Notes under the pieces: model-generated
What the model saw: only the letters and a program-made list of their open reading frames with translations
Database searches by the model: none
What the model was told of the DNA's origin: nothing
Shown: piece by piece, positions 29,601 to 41,539 of the stretch
How the letters are laid out: each line of letters starts with the position of its first letter
Position numbering within the stretch: position 1 is the first letter of the stretch
Assembly: GCA_964057225.1 (NCBI GenBank)
Contig: OZ059896.1
Location: forward strand, 6,882,001 to 6,946,000
Source: Auanema rhodensis
Lineage: Eukaryota > Animalia > Nematoda
Reading direction: 5' to 3'
Length of the DNA stretch: 64,000 nt
Made by a program: the position numbers and the translations under genes

Positions 29601-32600
29601 TCCCGACATTACATGGACACGTGAGGGCAGACCTCTGAGCTGCGTTGATACTGACGATTCTCGCACTCGCCTGTACATTCCATCAGCTAAGCGCTCTGAT
29701 ACTGGCCCAGCCACCATCAAAGCTAGTAATCCGTATGGCGATGCTGAGGCCAATATCAAGATCACCGTTATCGACAAGCCAGCTCCTCCTGAGAGTTTAA
29801 CCTACTCTGATGTAACTCGTCACAGTTGCGCACTACACTGGCAACCACCTCGTGATGATGGAGGATCTGAAATAACCGGATACAAGATTGAATACCAGGA
29901 ATTAGGAAGTTCTTTCTGGGATCGCGTACCTGGATCCGTAAGCGGAACCAGTTACGTTGTCCGTGGTCTTGAACATGGTCAGACATATACTTTCCGAATT
30001 CGTGCTGAAAACCTGGTTGGATTATCTGATCACACATCTGGATCAACTGTTGTTATCAAGGATCCATTTGATCCTCCTGGTGCTCCCTCCACACCAGACA
30101 TTTTAAGCTACGATACCAATATGGTACACTTGCAATGGAATCCACCACGTGAAGATGGAGGATCTCCCATTCAAGGATACATCGTTGAGCGGTTTGAAAA
30201 ACGTGGAGGAGGAGACTGGGCTCCAGTGAAGATGCCATTAATCAAAGGAACAGATGCCGTTATTACTGGATTACACGAAGGAGAAACCTACCAATTCCGT
30301 ATTCGTGCCGTCAATGCTGCTGGACCTGGAGAAGCTTCTGGAGGAAGTGAACCAGTAACATGCAGGCCATATGTTGGTAAGTATTTATAAATAAAATTTT
30401 TGAATATTTAATTGTTTAATTGTTTAATTACTTAATTAAACTATTCCAGTTCCTCCTGGTGCTCCAGAACAACCACGTGTCGGTAAAGTAACTAAGAACT
30501 CTGCTGAAGTAACATGGATGCGGCCAACTCGTGACGGTGGAGCTCCTATTGATGGCTATATCGTTCAGAAAAAGAAGCTTGGTGATGATGATTGGACAAC
30601 ATGTACTGAAAAACCAGTAAAAGAGACAAGCTTTGTTGTTCCTAACCTTACTGAGAAGGAAGAATACGAATTCCGTGTAATTGCTGTCAACTCAGCCGGA
30701 GAAGGAGAACCATCCCGTCCATCCGACTTAACTTGTATTCAAGATCAACCAGGTCGACCTGTTCTGGACCTCTCTGGACTCAAGGATATTACTGTCCGTG
30801 CCGGCGAAACCATCGAAATTCGTATTCCATATACAGGTGGAAATCCAAAACCAACTGTTGACTTGCTCAATGGAGGACAAGCAGTCTTCGAAGATGATCG
30901 TACCTCAATTGAAGTTAACCCAGGAGAGATTATCATCAAAACCACTGCTGCAAAACGTTCCGATGCTGGACCCTATAAGATTCATGTTTCTAACCGCTTT
31001 GGAAAAGATACTGGCAAGTTGCATGTGAATGTTCTTGATGTTCCTGGTAAACCAACTGGACCTATCACTGCTAGTGATGTTCAAGGGGATGCTATGACAT
31101 TACACTGGCTTCCTCCCAAAGATGATGGCGGAGATCATGTCACCAACTATGTCGTTGAAAAACGGACTCCAGGAGGTGAATGGGTTAAAGTTGGACATCC
31201 TATCGGCACATCACTTCGTGTTCGCAATTTGGAACCAAATCAACCCTACGAATTCCGAGTTATGGCAGAAAACCAATACGGCACATCTGTTCCACTTGAG
31301 ACTGACGATCCAATTGTTGCCAAGAATCCATACGGTATGTTAAAGTTACAAACATTATTTTGTACAATATCTTATTTCAGATGTTCCTGATGCTCCTGGA
31401 GCTCCGGAAGCTCTTGAAACGTCTGAGGAAGCAATTACGCTCCAGTGGGCTCGTCCATACAGCGATGGTGGTGCTCCTATTCAAGGATATATCCTTGAAA
31501 AGCGTGAAGTCGGAACCAATAATTGGACTAAAGCTGTATTTGGTACAATTCCATCTACTAAAGCTCGGGTCACTGGCTTGATTCCAAAGAAGACTTATGA
31601 ATTCCGTGTCTGCGCAATCAATGCTGCAGGAAACAGTCCATATAGTGAGAACAGCGTTCCAATCACTGCTGAAAATGCACCAAGTCGACCAAAGATGGGA
31701 ATGCTTTCCAAAGATGTTCTTGCTTATGTTGGAGAAACAGCTAAACTTCTAGTTCCATTTGCTGCCACGCCCATGCCAAAGATTAAATGGGCAAAGGGAG
31801 AACTAGAACTTCGTGAATCGGAACAAAGATCTAAGATTGATAGTTCAGATTACCTTACAACTCTCATTATCACTGATGCTCAGTTGTCTGATTCTGGTGT
31901 GTATCATATTGATCTAGAAAACTCACAAGGAACTGATTCATGCACTGTACGTCTACGTGTTGTTGATAAGCCAGGTATTCCAGAAGGACCACTCGAAATC
32001 ACGGATATTTGTCCTGATTGTTGTACTCTTTCATGGAAACCACCTAAATCAGATGGAGGAGCCCCAATTACCAATTACATTGTTGAGAAATGTAATCCTC
32101 GCGATGGACGTTGGGAAAAAGTCAGCAGCTTTATTCGCAACACAACATATACCGTTCCTGGACTGCATCATAACCAACAGTACAAGTTCAGAGTTCGTGC
32201 TGAAAATCAATTCGGCATTTCTGATCCACTTGACAGCCTCGATTCTATTACTGCTAAATACCAATTCAGCGTACCAGGACAACCTGATGCTCCAACACTT
32301 CGCGATATGGATTCCAACTGGGCTGAGCTTGAATGGGATACTCCATCAGATGGAGGCTCTAAGATCATCGGATATCAAGTTCAATTCCGAGAGCCTGGAA
32401 GTGGCAAATGGATTAACGCATCCAACGACTTGGTTAAAGGCAATAGCATGCGTGTTACTGGACTCCGAGACTGTGCTGAATATGAATTCCGTGTCGTAGC
32501 AAAGAACGCTGCAGGATTCTCTAAACCATCACATTCATCAGACAGATTTAAGCTCAAGTCCAAATTCGGACCACCTGGACCACCAAGTCAAGCTTCAGCA

Positions 32601-35600
32601 GTTTCTATTGGTCGTAACCACGTTACACTTACCTGGGTGCCACCACTTGACGATGGTGGAAGCAAAATCACTGGTTACATTGTTGAAATGCGTGAATATG
32701 GAAGCACACTCTGGGTCAAGGTTTCAGATTACAATATTCGTGATCCTGAATTCACTGTTCCAAATCTCAAGGAATTCCACGATTACGAGTTCCGCATCAT
32801 TGCTGTGAATTCTGCTGGACGTGGTATTCCATCCCTTCCCACATCACCAATAAAGATTCAAGACCTCAATGGGTCTAAGCCGGTAATTGTGGTCAAGCCT
32901 GAAGATACTGCTCAGCCATACAACCGTCGTGCAGTCTTTGTCTGTGAAGCCATTGGACGCCCAACACCTGTATGCCGTTGGATGAGAAATGGACGCGAAT
33001 TACCAGAATCTAATCGCTACCGCTTTGAAGCTCACGATGGAAGCTACCGGTTTACTATTAAGGAAGTATGGGATATTGATGCTGGAGAATACACTTGCGA
33101 AGTCAGTAACAGTTATGGATCAGATTCAGCAACTGCTCGATTGATCGTGCAAGCTCCTCCAGTTATTGAACGTGATGTACCAAACACTATCTTACCAATG
33201 AGCGAGATGGTTCGTCTTAAGATTTATTTCTCTGGAACTGCACCATTCCGTCATTGCTTGATGTTGAACAAAGAAGAAGTTCCTGAAGACCACCCAACTA
33301 TTCGCACAGTTGATTTCGATGATCATATTCTCATCACTATTCCTTCCTTAACAGCCCGTGAAGCTGGACGATATGAATACACTATCAGCAATGATTCTGG
33401 TGAAGCTACCACAGGATTCTGGCTTAATGTAACCGGATTACCATCAGCTCCACAGGGACCTCTTATGTTTAGTAATGTTGGACCTCACCAAGCTCAATTG
33501 TCTTGGCGACCACCCGTTGATGATGGAGGATCCAGAATTACCAACTATGTTGTTGAAAAGCGTGATGTATCCAAGGAAGAATGGACTGTTGTTGCTTCAT
33601 CTATTCGTGATCTTAACTTCATGATTCAAGGATTATTTGAAAATCACGAATATGAATTCCGTGTTAGCGCCGCCAACATCAATGGCCAAGGAACTCCACT
33701 TGTTGGAGACAACAGCGTCATTGCACGCCTTCCTTTCGACCCTCCATCAGCACCTCTCAACCCAGAAGTCACAGAGATCGGATCCGACTTTGTTTCTCTT
33801 AACTGGCATCGACCACTCAGCGATGGAGGCGGACGTATTCGTGGTTACATCATCGAAAAGAAGGAAGATGGTCAAGATAATTGGATTGCATGTAATCAAA
33901 ATCCATCACCTCCTCACATTTTCAATATTCCAAACTTGATCGATGGACGTAAATACCGTTTCAGAGTTTTCGCTGTTAACGATGCTGGATTATCTGACCC
34001 AGTTGAAATGTAAGTTCAAAAACATATAATCATACGTATATCTTGTTTCTTTTTAGGGAAACCATGGAGTTCCGTTCTGCTGGTTCTGGAACAGCACCTG
34101 AAATCATTTCTCCACTCTCTAATCAATCATGTGAGATTGGTCGCAGTGTAACCTTCGAATGTAAGATATCCGGGGAACCTAGACCCGAGTATCGTTGGTT
34201 CCGAGGATGCAAAGAACTTGTGGACACCAAGAAATACACCATTCTCAACAAAGGAGATACTCAAGTTTTGATTGTAAACGACCTTAACAGTGAGGACGCC
34301 GATGAATACACCTGTCGCGCAACCAACTCTTCTGGTACTAAGAGCACAAGAGCTCAACTTCAACTGAAAAGCAAACCTCGCGTTTTCATACCACCTAAGT
34401 ATCATGGAGGATATGAAGCTCAAAAGGGTGAAACTATTGAACTCAAGGTTCCCTACAAAGCATTCCCCAGTGGAGAATCGAGATGGTACAAGGATGATGA
34501 GAAGATTGAGAACGGCGGTCGCTATTCGATCACAACTGACGACAAGTTCGCAACTCTTACGATTAGAGATGCTTCAAGAGAAGATTATGCTCAATATCGT
34601 GTAGTCGTTGAAAACAGTGTTGGTCAGGACAGTGGAATCCTGACTGTTACTGTTGCTGATAGACCAGAACCACCACGTTTCCCAATCGTTGAGAATATTT
34701 TGGACGAAGCCGTTATTCTATCGTGGAAACCACCAGCACTTGATGGCGGAAGCATGGTCACAAGTTATTTAGTTGAAAAACGTGATATAAGCGGTGGATC
34801 ATGGACTCCATGTGCTAAAACACGGTTCTGCTATCTTACTGTTGAAGGATGTAGAGCTAAGAATACCTATGAATTCAGAATGAGTGCTGAGAACAAGCAT
34901 GGCATCTCAAAACCATGTGAACCAACCGCTCCTGTTGCTATTCCAGGGAATGATCGTCAACGACAACGTAACTACGAAGTTGATGAAACAGGAAAGATTA
35001 TCCGTGGACGCGGCATTGTATCTGGAAACTATGATAACTATGTTATCGATGTCTGGAAACAATATTATCCCCAAAATATTGATATCAAGCATGAGTCAGT
35101 ATTGGATCATTATGATATTCATGAGGAAATCGGAACCGGAGCTTTCGGAGTTGTTCACCGTTGTACCGAACGTGCTACCGGAAACACCTTCGCTGCGAAA
35201 TTCGTTATGACTCCTCATGAAGCTGATAAGGATACTGTACGTAAAGAAATCAACACTATGTCCGTACTCCGCCATCCAAAACTCATCAATCTTCACGATG
35301 CTTTTGATGACCAAAATGAAATGGTAATGATCTATGAATTCATGTCTGGAGGAGAACTGTTCGAACGCGTTGCTGATGATTCCAACAAGATGTCTGAAGA
35401 GGAGGCCATTGAATATACTAGACAAGTTTGCAAAGCTCTTTGTCATATGCATGAAATGAACTATGTTCATTTGGACTTGAAACCCGAAAACATTATGTTC
35501 ACAACTAAGAAGAGTAATGAGCTCAAGTTGATTGACTTCGGATTGACTGCACATCTTGACCCTCGCAACAGCATCAAGGTTACAACTGGTACAGCGGAAT

Positions 35601-38330
35601 TCGCTGCTCCTGAAGTTCTTAACGGTCAAAACGTTGGATATTACACCGATATGTGGTCTGTTGGAGTTCTCGCATACATCCTCACATCTGGCTTATCTCC
35701 ATTTGGTGGATCCACAGATGATGATACCATGAGAAATGTTAAAAATTGCGATTGGAATATGGATGATACAGCATTTAGCAGTATTTCTGAAGAAGGAAAA
35801 GACTTTATTCGTAAACTTCTTCAATCCGACCCTGCTAATCGTCTTACTATTCATCAAGCTCTTGAACATCCATGGCTTGCTAGTAGCTATACTTCTTCCA
35901 GAGATGAGCCCATTCCAAGCAGTCGCTATCATAGCATTCGGGATTCAATCAGAACCAAATACGTAAATTTATTTTTTACATTAAATCTAATTCATTCTTA
36001 TTTCATTTCAGGATGCTTGGCCAGAACCTAATCCAGCAATCGGACGTATTTCAAACTTCAGTTCTCTTCGCAAACATCGCCCAGAGGAATACAAAATTCA
36101 TGACGCATTCTTTGATCGTACTGAAGCTCAACCACGTTTCATCATCAAGCCTTATGGCACCACTGTTGGCGAGGGACAAAGTGCAAACTTCTATTGTCGT
36201 GTAATTGCTAGTTCTCCTCCCATAGTTACATGGCACCATAATGCTCGTGAACTCAAGCAATCTGTCAAATACATGAAGAAATACGATGGCAACGATTTTG
36301 GACTAACTATCAATCGTGTGAAATTGGATGATAAGGGAGAATACATTGTTCGTGCTAAGAACTCATACGGCAGCAAAGAAGAAGTTGTATTCTTAAATGT
36401 TACTCGCACCAGTGAGCCATTCAAGTGTGAGCCTTTAGAGCCAATGCGTAAAGCTCCATCATTGCCAAAGGTGGAAGAATTTGAAGAGAAGCAATGTCCA
36501 CCTAAGTTCTCCTTCCACTTGCGCCCACGTCTTATCCAGAAAAATCATCAATGCAAACTTATTTGCTCATTACAAGGAAATCCAATTCCAAAGGTCGAAT
36601 GGCTTAAAGATGGAGCTCCTGTTGATCAAGATCGTGTGCAACTCATGTTCCGTAGTGGTGTCTGTTCACTTGAGATTTTCAATGCTCGTCTTGACGATGC
36701 TGGTACCTATAGTTGTCGTGCAACGAATGAACTCGGCGAAGATTATACCGAATGTGTGATTACTGTGCAAACTAAAGGAGGCGAGCCAATTCCAAGAGTG
36801 TCTACATCAACCAGAAATAGAAGATCAGTTTATGATAGTTTACGAACTTCTGATGTGGAACGCTCTAGAAGCTATGCCGAAATTAGACGTAGTTCTAGTT
36901 ATTCGCGCGCATTTTCGCCAGATACTAGATCAGCAAAAGATGATCTTAAGATGAGAGCAGCTGCGGAAACACCGAGCTTCATTACTCAGTTACAAAACGT
37001 CGATGTTGACGCCGGAGAAAACGCTGAGTTAAGCTGCTCCGTAAGTTGCCAAACCCAAAAATAAAAATAATAACTTCATTTTCAGGTGTCTGCAACTCCT
37101 GAACCAATTATTGAATGGCTCCACAACGGAGAACGTTTGAACAACTCTAGATATCAAACTACTTTTATCGGAGGAAAAGCTCGGCTCAATATTCTCAATG
37201 CTGAACCATCTGACAGCGGTGAATACTACTGCAGAGCGAGCAACTCTGCCGGACAGGAATCTAGTAAAGCCACCCTGTCCGTGAAACCTTCTCAAGCTAA
37301 TGGCACTGTTATTCAAAGTAACGAAGAAACCAGGTTCGTATATGTACAATAACAATTCAAACATTAAGAATTTCAAAACTAATATATAGTATTCAAAAAT
37401 ATAATTTAAAACAAAACAAATAAATCAAATTCGCTTTATTAATAATTACATTTTTCAGTGTTGTTAAGCATTTAACTAGTCAAATTGTTGCCAGTGGTAG
37501 CCCCATCCATCTTCAAGCAGTCAGTAAAGGAAGCGTTCAAAACGTCCATTGGACAAAGAATGGAAAAGAGGTACTTCTTTTTCTTTCACAAATAGCAAAA
37601 GGAGAGACGTAAACAATTTTCTGTTAAAGATTAAGAATCCGTCTAATGATGTTAAAACAACAACGACAAAATACTTTTTTTTTCTTAAATAAATAAATAA
37701 TGATACATATTTTACATGTTATGTACATTTATTATTTAGATTGAGGGAAATGACAGGATACAGACCCAAGCTGATGGAAACAACTACAGCTTGAGCATTG
37801 CTGATGCCACTGCCGACGACGCTGGTCAATACTATTTGGAAATTACTTCCAGCGACAAATCTCTTGTTACTGTAGCTTCTGTTGTTGTTTTAGGTAAACC
37901 TATTTTTTTAATTTTTTTATCAATAACTCGTGTACATTAGATGTATCTAACGACCCTCCAGTCACAAAATTGCCTAACTCCGTTAGTGTGACAGAGGGCT
38001 CTGCCACCAAGTTCATCCTTGAATTCGAAGATGCCGAAAACTATACTGTACAGTGGTTCAAGGTATACAACAAAACTTTTTTAAATTACAACAATTTTTG
38101 TTTCAGGGATCTGATAAGGTCGAAAAATCTGACCGCCATAAATCCGTGAAATCTGGAAATACCTTCAAGTTGGATTTCAAGGTATAATTTAACCTAAAAG
38201 AATGAATAGTAATATTTTTGATAATTTGTAGGAAGTTTCCAACTCTGATGAAGGAATTTATGTAGCCAAAGTAATCAAAGATAAGAAGGCTATTGCGAAA
38301 TACTCAGCTGCTTTGCTTGTTGAGCATTAA
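2668..38330 (+). CDS. unc-22: Twitchin (giant Ig/Fn3 muscle protein kinase), multi-exon; 5' end (start of first Ig domain) lies upstream of the window
   Basis: First visible exon 2668-2758 reads [31 protein letters not shown] (twitchin Ig1). Dozens of GT-AG exons encode Ig-Fn3-Fn3 super-repeats (WxPPxDDGG, YxFRVxAVN), then a kinase and C-terminal Ig domains. The last exon 38232-38330 ends [15 protein letters not shown]. Confidence 0.97.
6701..7168 (+). CDS. unc-22: Putative internal alternative first coding exon of unc-22 (156 aa, Ser/Thr/Arg-rich)
   Basis: Acceptor-like TTTACAG ends at 6643. Three in-frame stops precede ATG 6701. The ORF ends at a strong donor AGC|GTAAGT (7168/7169), phase 0, compatible with unc-22 exon 10275-10427. 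Confidence 0.6.
7538..7610 (-). tRNA. tRNA-Lys (anticodon CTT), intronic and antisense to unc-22
   Basis: Reverse complement GCCCGGTTAGCTCAGTCGGTAGAGCACCAGACTCTTAATCTGGCTGTCGCGGGTTCGAGCCCCGCATCGGGCT folds into a full cloverleaf with A and B boxes. A T7 run (Pol III terminator) follows at 7523-7529. Confidence 0.97.
19413..19727 (+). CDS. unc-22: unc-22 single-Fn3 exon, candidate cassette exon
   Basis: 315 nt, phase 1-1, encodes exactly one Fn3 domain; flanked by ~610 and ~520 nt introns while most neighbouring introns are ~45 nt. Confidence 0.75.
35110..35880 (+). other. unc-22: Twitchin Ser/Thr kinase domain (CaMK/MLCK-like), within the large exon starting ~34058
   Basis: IGTGAFGVV glycine loop, [23 protein letters not shown] and DMWSVGV motifs are all intact; domain boundaries approximate. 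Confidence 0.93.
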
Positions 38331-39520
38331 TATTCGTCTATGTTTAATATTTAAAACATTTTGACCCTTTTTCCTAAGTTTATACAGTTAATTCAAGTAT
38401 GCCCATAGCTTTCCAGATTTCTATCCTGCCCCCGCCCAGTAAAAATCAAACGTAAAACCCCAATTGTTTATTCAATAATTATTACCTTGAGTTTATTTAA
38501 ATTGCAACTTTATTCTTTTATATTTCTTATTTTAAATCCCCATTTCATGAACAGCTATTCTGAATTTTCTTTAGTACCAGTCCACATTGAGATAAAAAGA
38601 TGTATTCATCAGCGTTGCACAGCTTGGGACACTGTGACAAAGGTTGATTTCTCATCTAATCCTGCCACATAATTTTCCGCTCAGTTTGATTCTGGTATAA
38701 CCCCGCAGGTTATCTACCTACGTTCTGGCGAAGTCAGCTAAAGTTATCGAAATCACTTGGGACATGATTTCCTATCTTATCACTGCTTTGTTAAAACTTG
38801 GTTGATAAATCACAGAACAAGACCATTGGCTCTTTTATTACGACACTACCGAAATTGTACGAGCCGGGACACTCAACGATTTCGGTTTGAAATTATAAAG
38901 AATCAGTGACAATGTTTAGCCCGTTTAGATGTTATCATTTAAATAGTTGTAAAGTAGTTAAGCTTATATTCATATTGCGTGTAATGTCATTTATCTGTTC
39001 GGGACCAGATATCTCTATATCGTATCTTCCATTAAATTTCGAATACAATTGTGCTTTTCGTGCTCTCTTCGGCAGGATAGCTTTTTTTCTTTTCTTTTTT
39101 ATTTAGTGCCTGATAGCCTGAAAGACCTTTCACAATTGTGTTAATATTTCAAAGACTTTCATTTTTTAAAGAACTCATCGCAATAAAACTATATAAATTT
39201 CCAATTTTACACAAATACAGAATCAGGCTGACAGGAAAAAAAACAGCATAGTACACAAAAGCTTGACAAATATCTTCATACAAATTTGTATCAGACTACA
39301 AGAAACAGGTCAATTACATCTTTTACAAAACTACAACCAGCGAATCAAGGAGAATCCTATAGCACAATTAAAAGGGCTCTCCAGCGCCCAGGTGTCAGAA
39401 AATAAATTACAAGTTAATTATTGGATAATAACTAGCAAGTGATGGGATCATTTTGTTGAAGAAGTGTGAAAAACTTGAAAACGGTAAAATGAAAAAAAAT
39501 TCACAGAATTCCTCAAGCGC

Positions 39521-40300
39521 TTAGCGTTGGCTCTTGGAGTGCTCAATAAGCCATTGTAGAGTTAGGTCTTAAATATAAATGTAGACATAGTATTGTGATC
39601 GAAACAAACCAATATTCTCTTTTTCTTTGCAGGAGATGGAATAACAACAAATTTCTCGGTTTTGAATAGCAGACAAATTCCTAAATTACAAATAAACTTT
39701 GAACCAATAAATCAAACTCTTACATTCGTTCAATTAATTGTCTTTCATCAAGTGCACCAGGCAGATCCTTTTTGTTACCCAAAACAAGAACGGGGATAGA
39801 TTCAAGCTGTGGCTTGTCCAAGAGTTGGACCAATTCATTTCGTGAGGCCTTTAATTAGAATTATCATCTAATGCTAACATAAATACGCTTACTTCAAGTT
39901 TATCTTCGTCAGCAGCATCAACCATGAAGACAATAGCGTTCACTCCACGACAATATCGTTCCCACATCGATCTGAATCTCGGTTGGCCTCCAATATCCCA
40001 AAGCTTAAAGAAGCATAACATGAATAAAAAGATATACATTTAAAAATACCTTAATTGTCACGTTACCCTTAGTGATTTTTCTCATATTAAACCCTACTGT
40101 TGGAATCATGTCTTCCGTGAATTGGCCACTCTATGAAAAATATCCTATATATAAGAAAAATTGAAATAGCAACTTACAGCAATTACGTTGACGAAAGTGG
40201 TTTTACCTGAATTTTGAAGGCCCACTAATGTCAGCTCCATCTCCTCTTTCCAGAAGAGACTTCGGAACCAATCCAGCACTCTACTTATCATAGAAAACAT
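39521..40300 (-). CDS. arl-8: ARF-like small GTPase ARL8 (6 exons)
   Basis: [63 protein letters not shown], ending [12 protein letters not shown]; canonical GT-AG introns. Confidence 0.97.
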
Positions 40301-41426
40301 TTCTGAAACTAAATTACATCTTCATAAACGGTATAAAATTGAAAAAGAGCATATATATTGTTAGAACGATGAAATAAAGCACATAAAACACAAAACATTC
40401 TTTACAAAACGAAACTGGAAATGAATATTGATCAGTCAATAACAATATGACTAAGCGCGCACATCGCAAATGTGAGCTACCGTACGAACATAAAAACTTG
40501 TAATAACAAACCAGAGCGAGCTTTTTATAAACTATAAAATGTTAATAAGACAAATATCTTAGAATTAATTAAACAAATAAACATACAACTTGATTATAAA
40601 ATAGATGGAACATAAGATCGATTTGACCCCTCAAAAGTGCCTTATTGGTCCCACCACGATTGTTCAGTAATAATTGTTTGAATTTAAATATGCAATATTA
40701 AGCTTAAAAATTTATGTTATTCTATGATATTTCTAAGTTTATTTGAAGCTTTATGTACATTTTTTCATTATGAAGAATTTATCTAAAACCTTTGAATTAA
40801 ACTAATTTTGCATCATAATTTAAATTGTTCTAAGGCAAATGCATTAAATACTCGGAAATGCGCTATAATCAATAGAATTTTAATTGTTATATAACAATGC
40901 AGAATATATTTTATATATTATATATAATTAATTACAAAAATAATTTAAAATATTTGTTTAAATAATATATAAATATAAGGATTACTTATGCCTTCGTAAG
41001 TATTCTGCTTTAAAAAATTATGTTATTTTACCTGATGGCATATAAATTTTCACTTCCTTAGTTCTCATTACACTCTTCTTTTTGACCTAGAGTACTAAAG
41101 CTATTGGTTGCTTGCGGTGATTTTCTCATCTTGCTGTAACTGCATATCCCGTATGCCAATGGATTGTTGCTTATGGCAAACAAGACACTATGAAAAATTA
41201 ATCTTAGGAACGTATGATTTATTTGGTCATTCTAACTCAATGACGAGTACTGTTCTCACAGTTTTTTGTAATTTTTGCTTATAATTGGTTTGAATTTAAT
41301 TTCGATTCTGCAAAGCAATAAATCCATAAATTTCTAATAGAATTTAACAAATTAGAATATAGTATATATAACTTAAATTGGTTTTCATTTAATTTTATTT
41401 TTCTTGCCTATTTCTATTTTTCTTGT

Positions 41427-41441
41427 GGCGCCAATTTCGAA
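41427..41441 (+). promoter_or_regulatory. Candidate CDE-CHR (DREAM/MuvB) element upstream of the FoxN gene
   Basis: GGCGC-CAAT-TTCGAA: GC-rich CDE, 4-nt spacer and TTYRAA CHR, ~100 bp upstream of ATG 41540. Confidence 0.45.
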
Positions 41442-41539
41442 TTGTTAATTGCCGCACCATTTTCAAGGTTATGTCTTCATTCTCGTTCTGTGGCGTAAAA
41501 TTAAAAAATATATGAAAAGATAATTTTAAATAATTCAGG

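Noticed and set aside
20490-36424. Many minus-strand and alternative-frame ORFs over unc-22
   Set aside because: Shadow ORFs produced by codon bias of the twitchin exons; no independent splice or start signals
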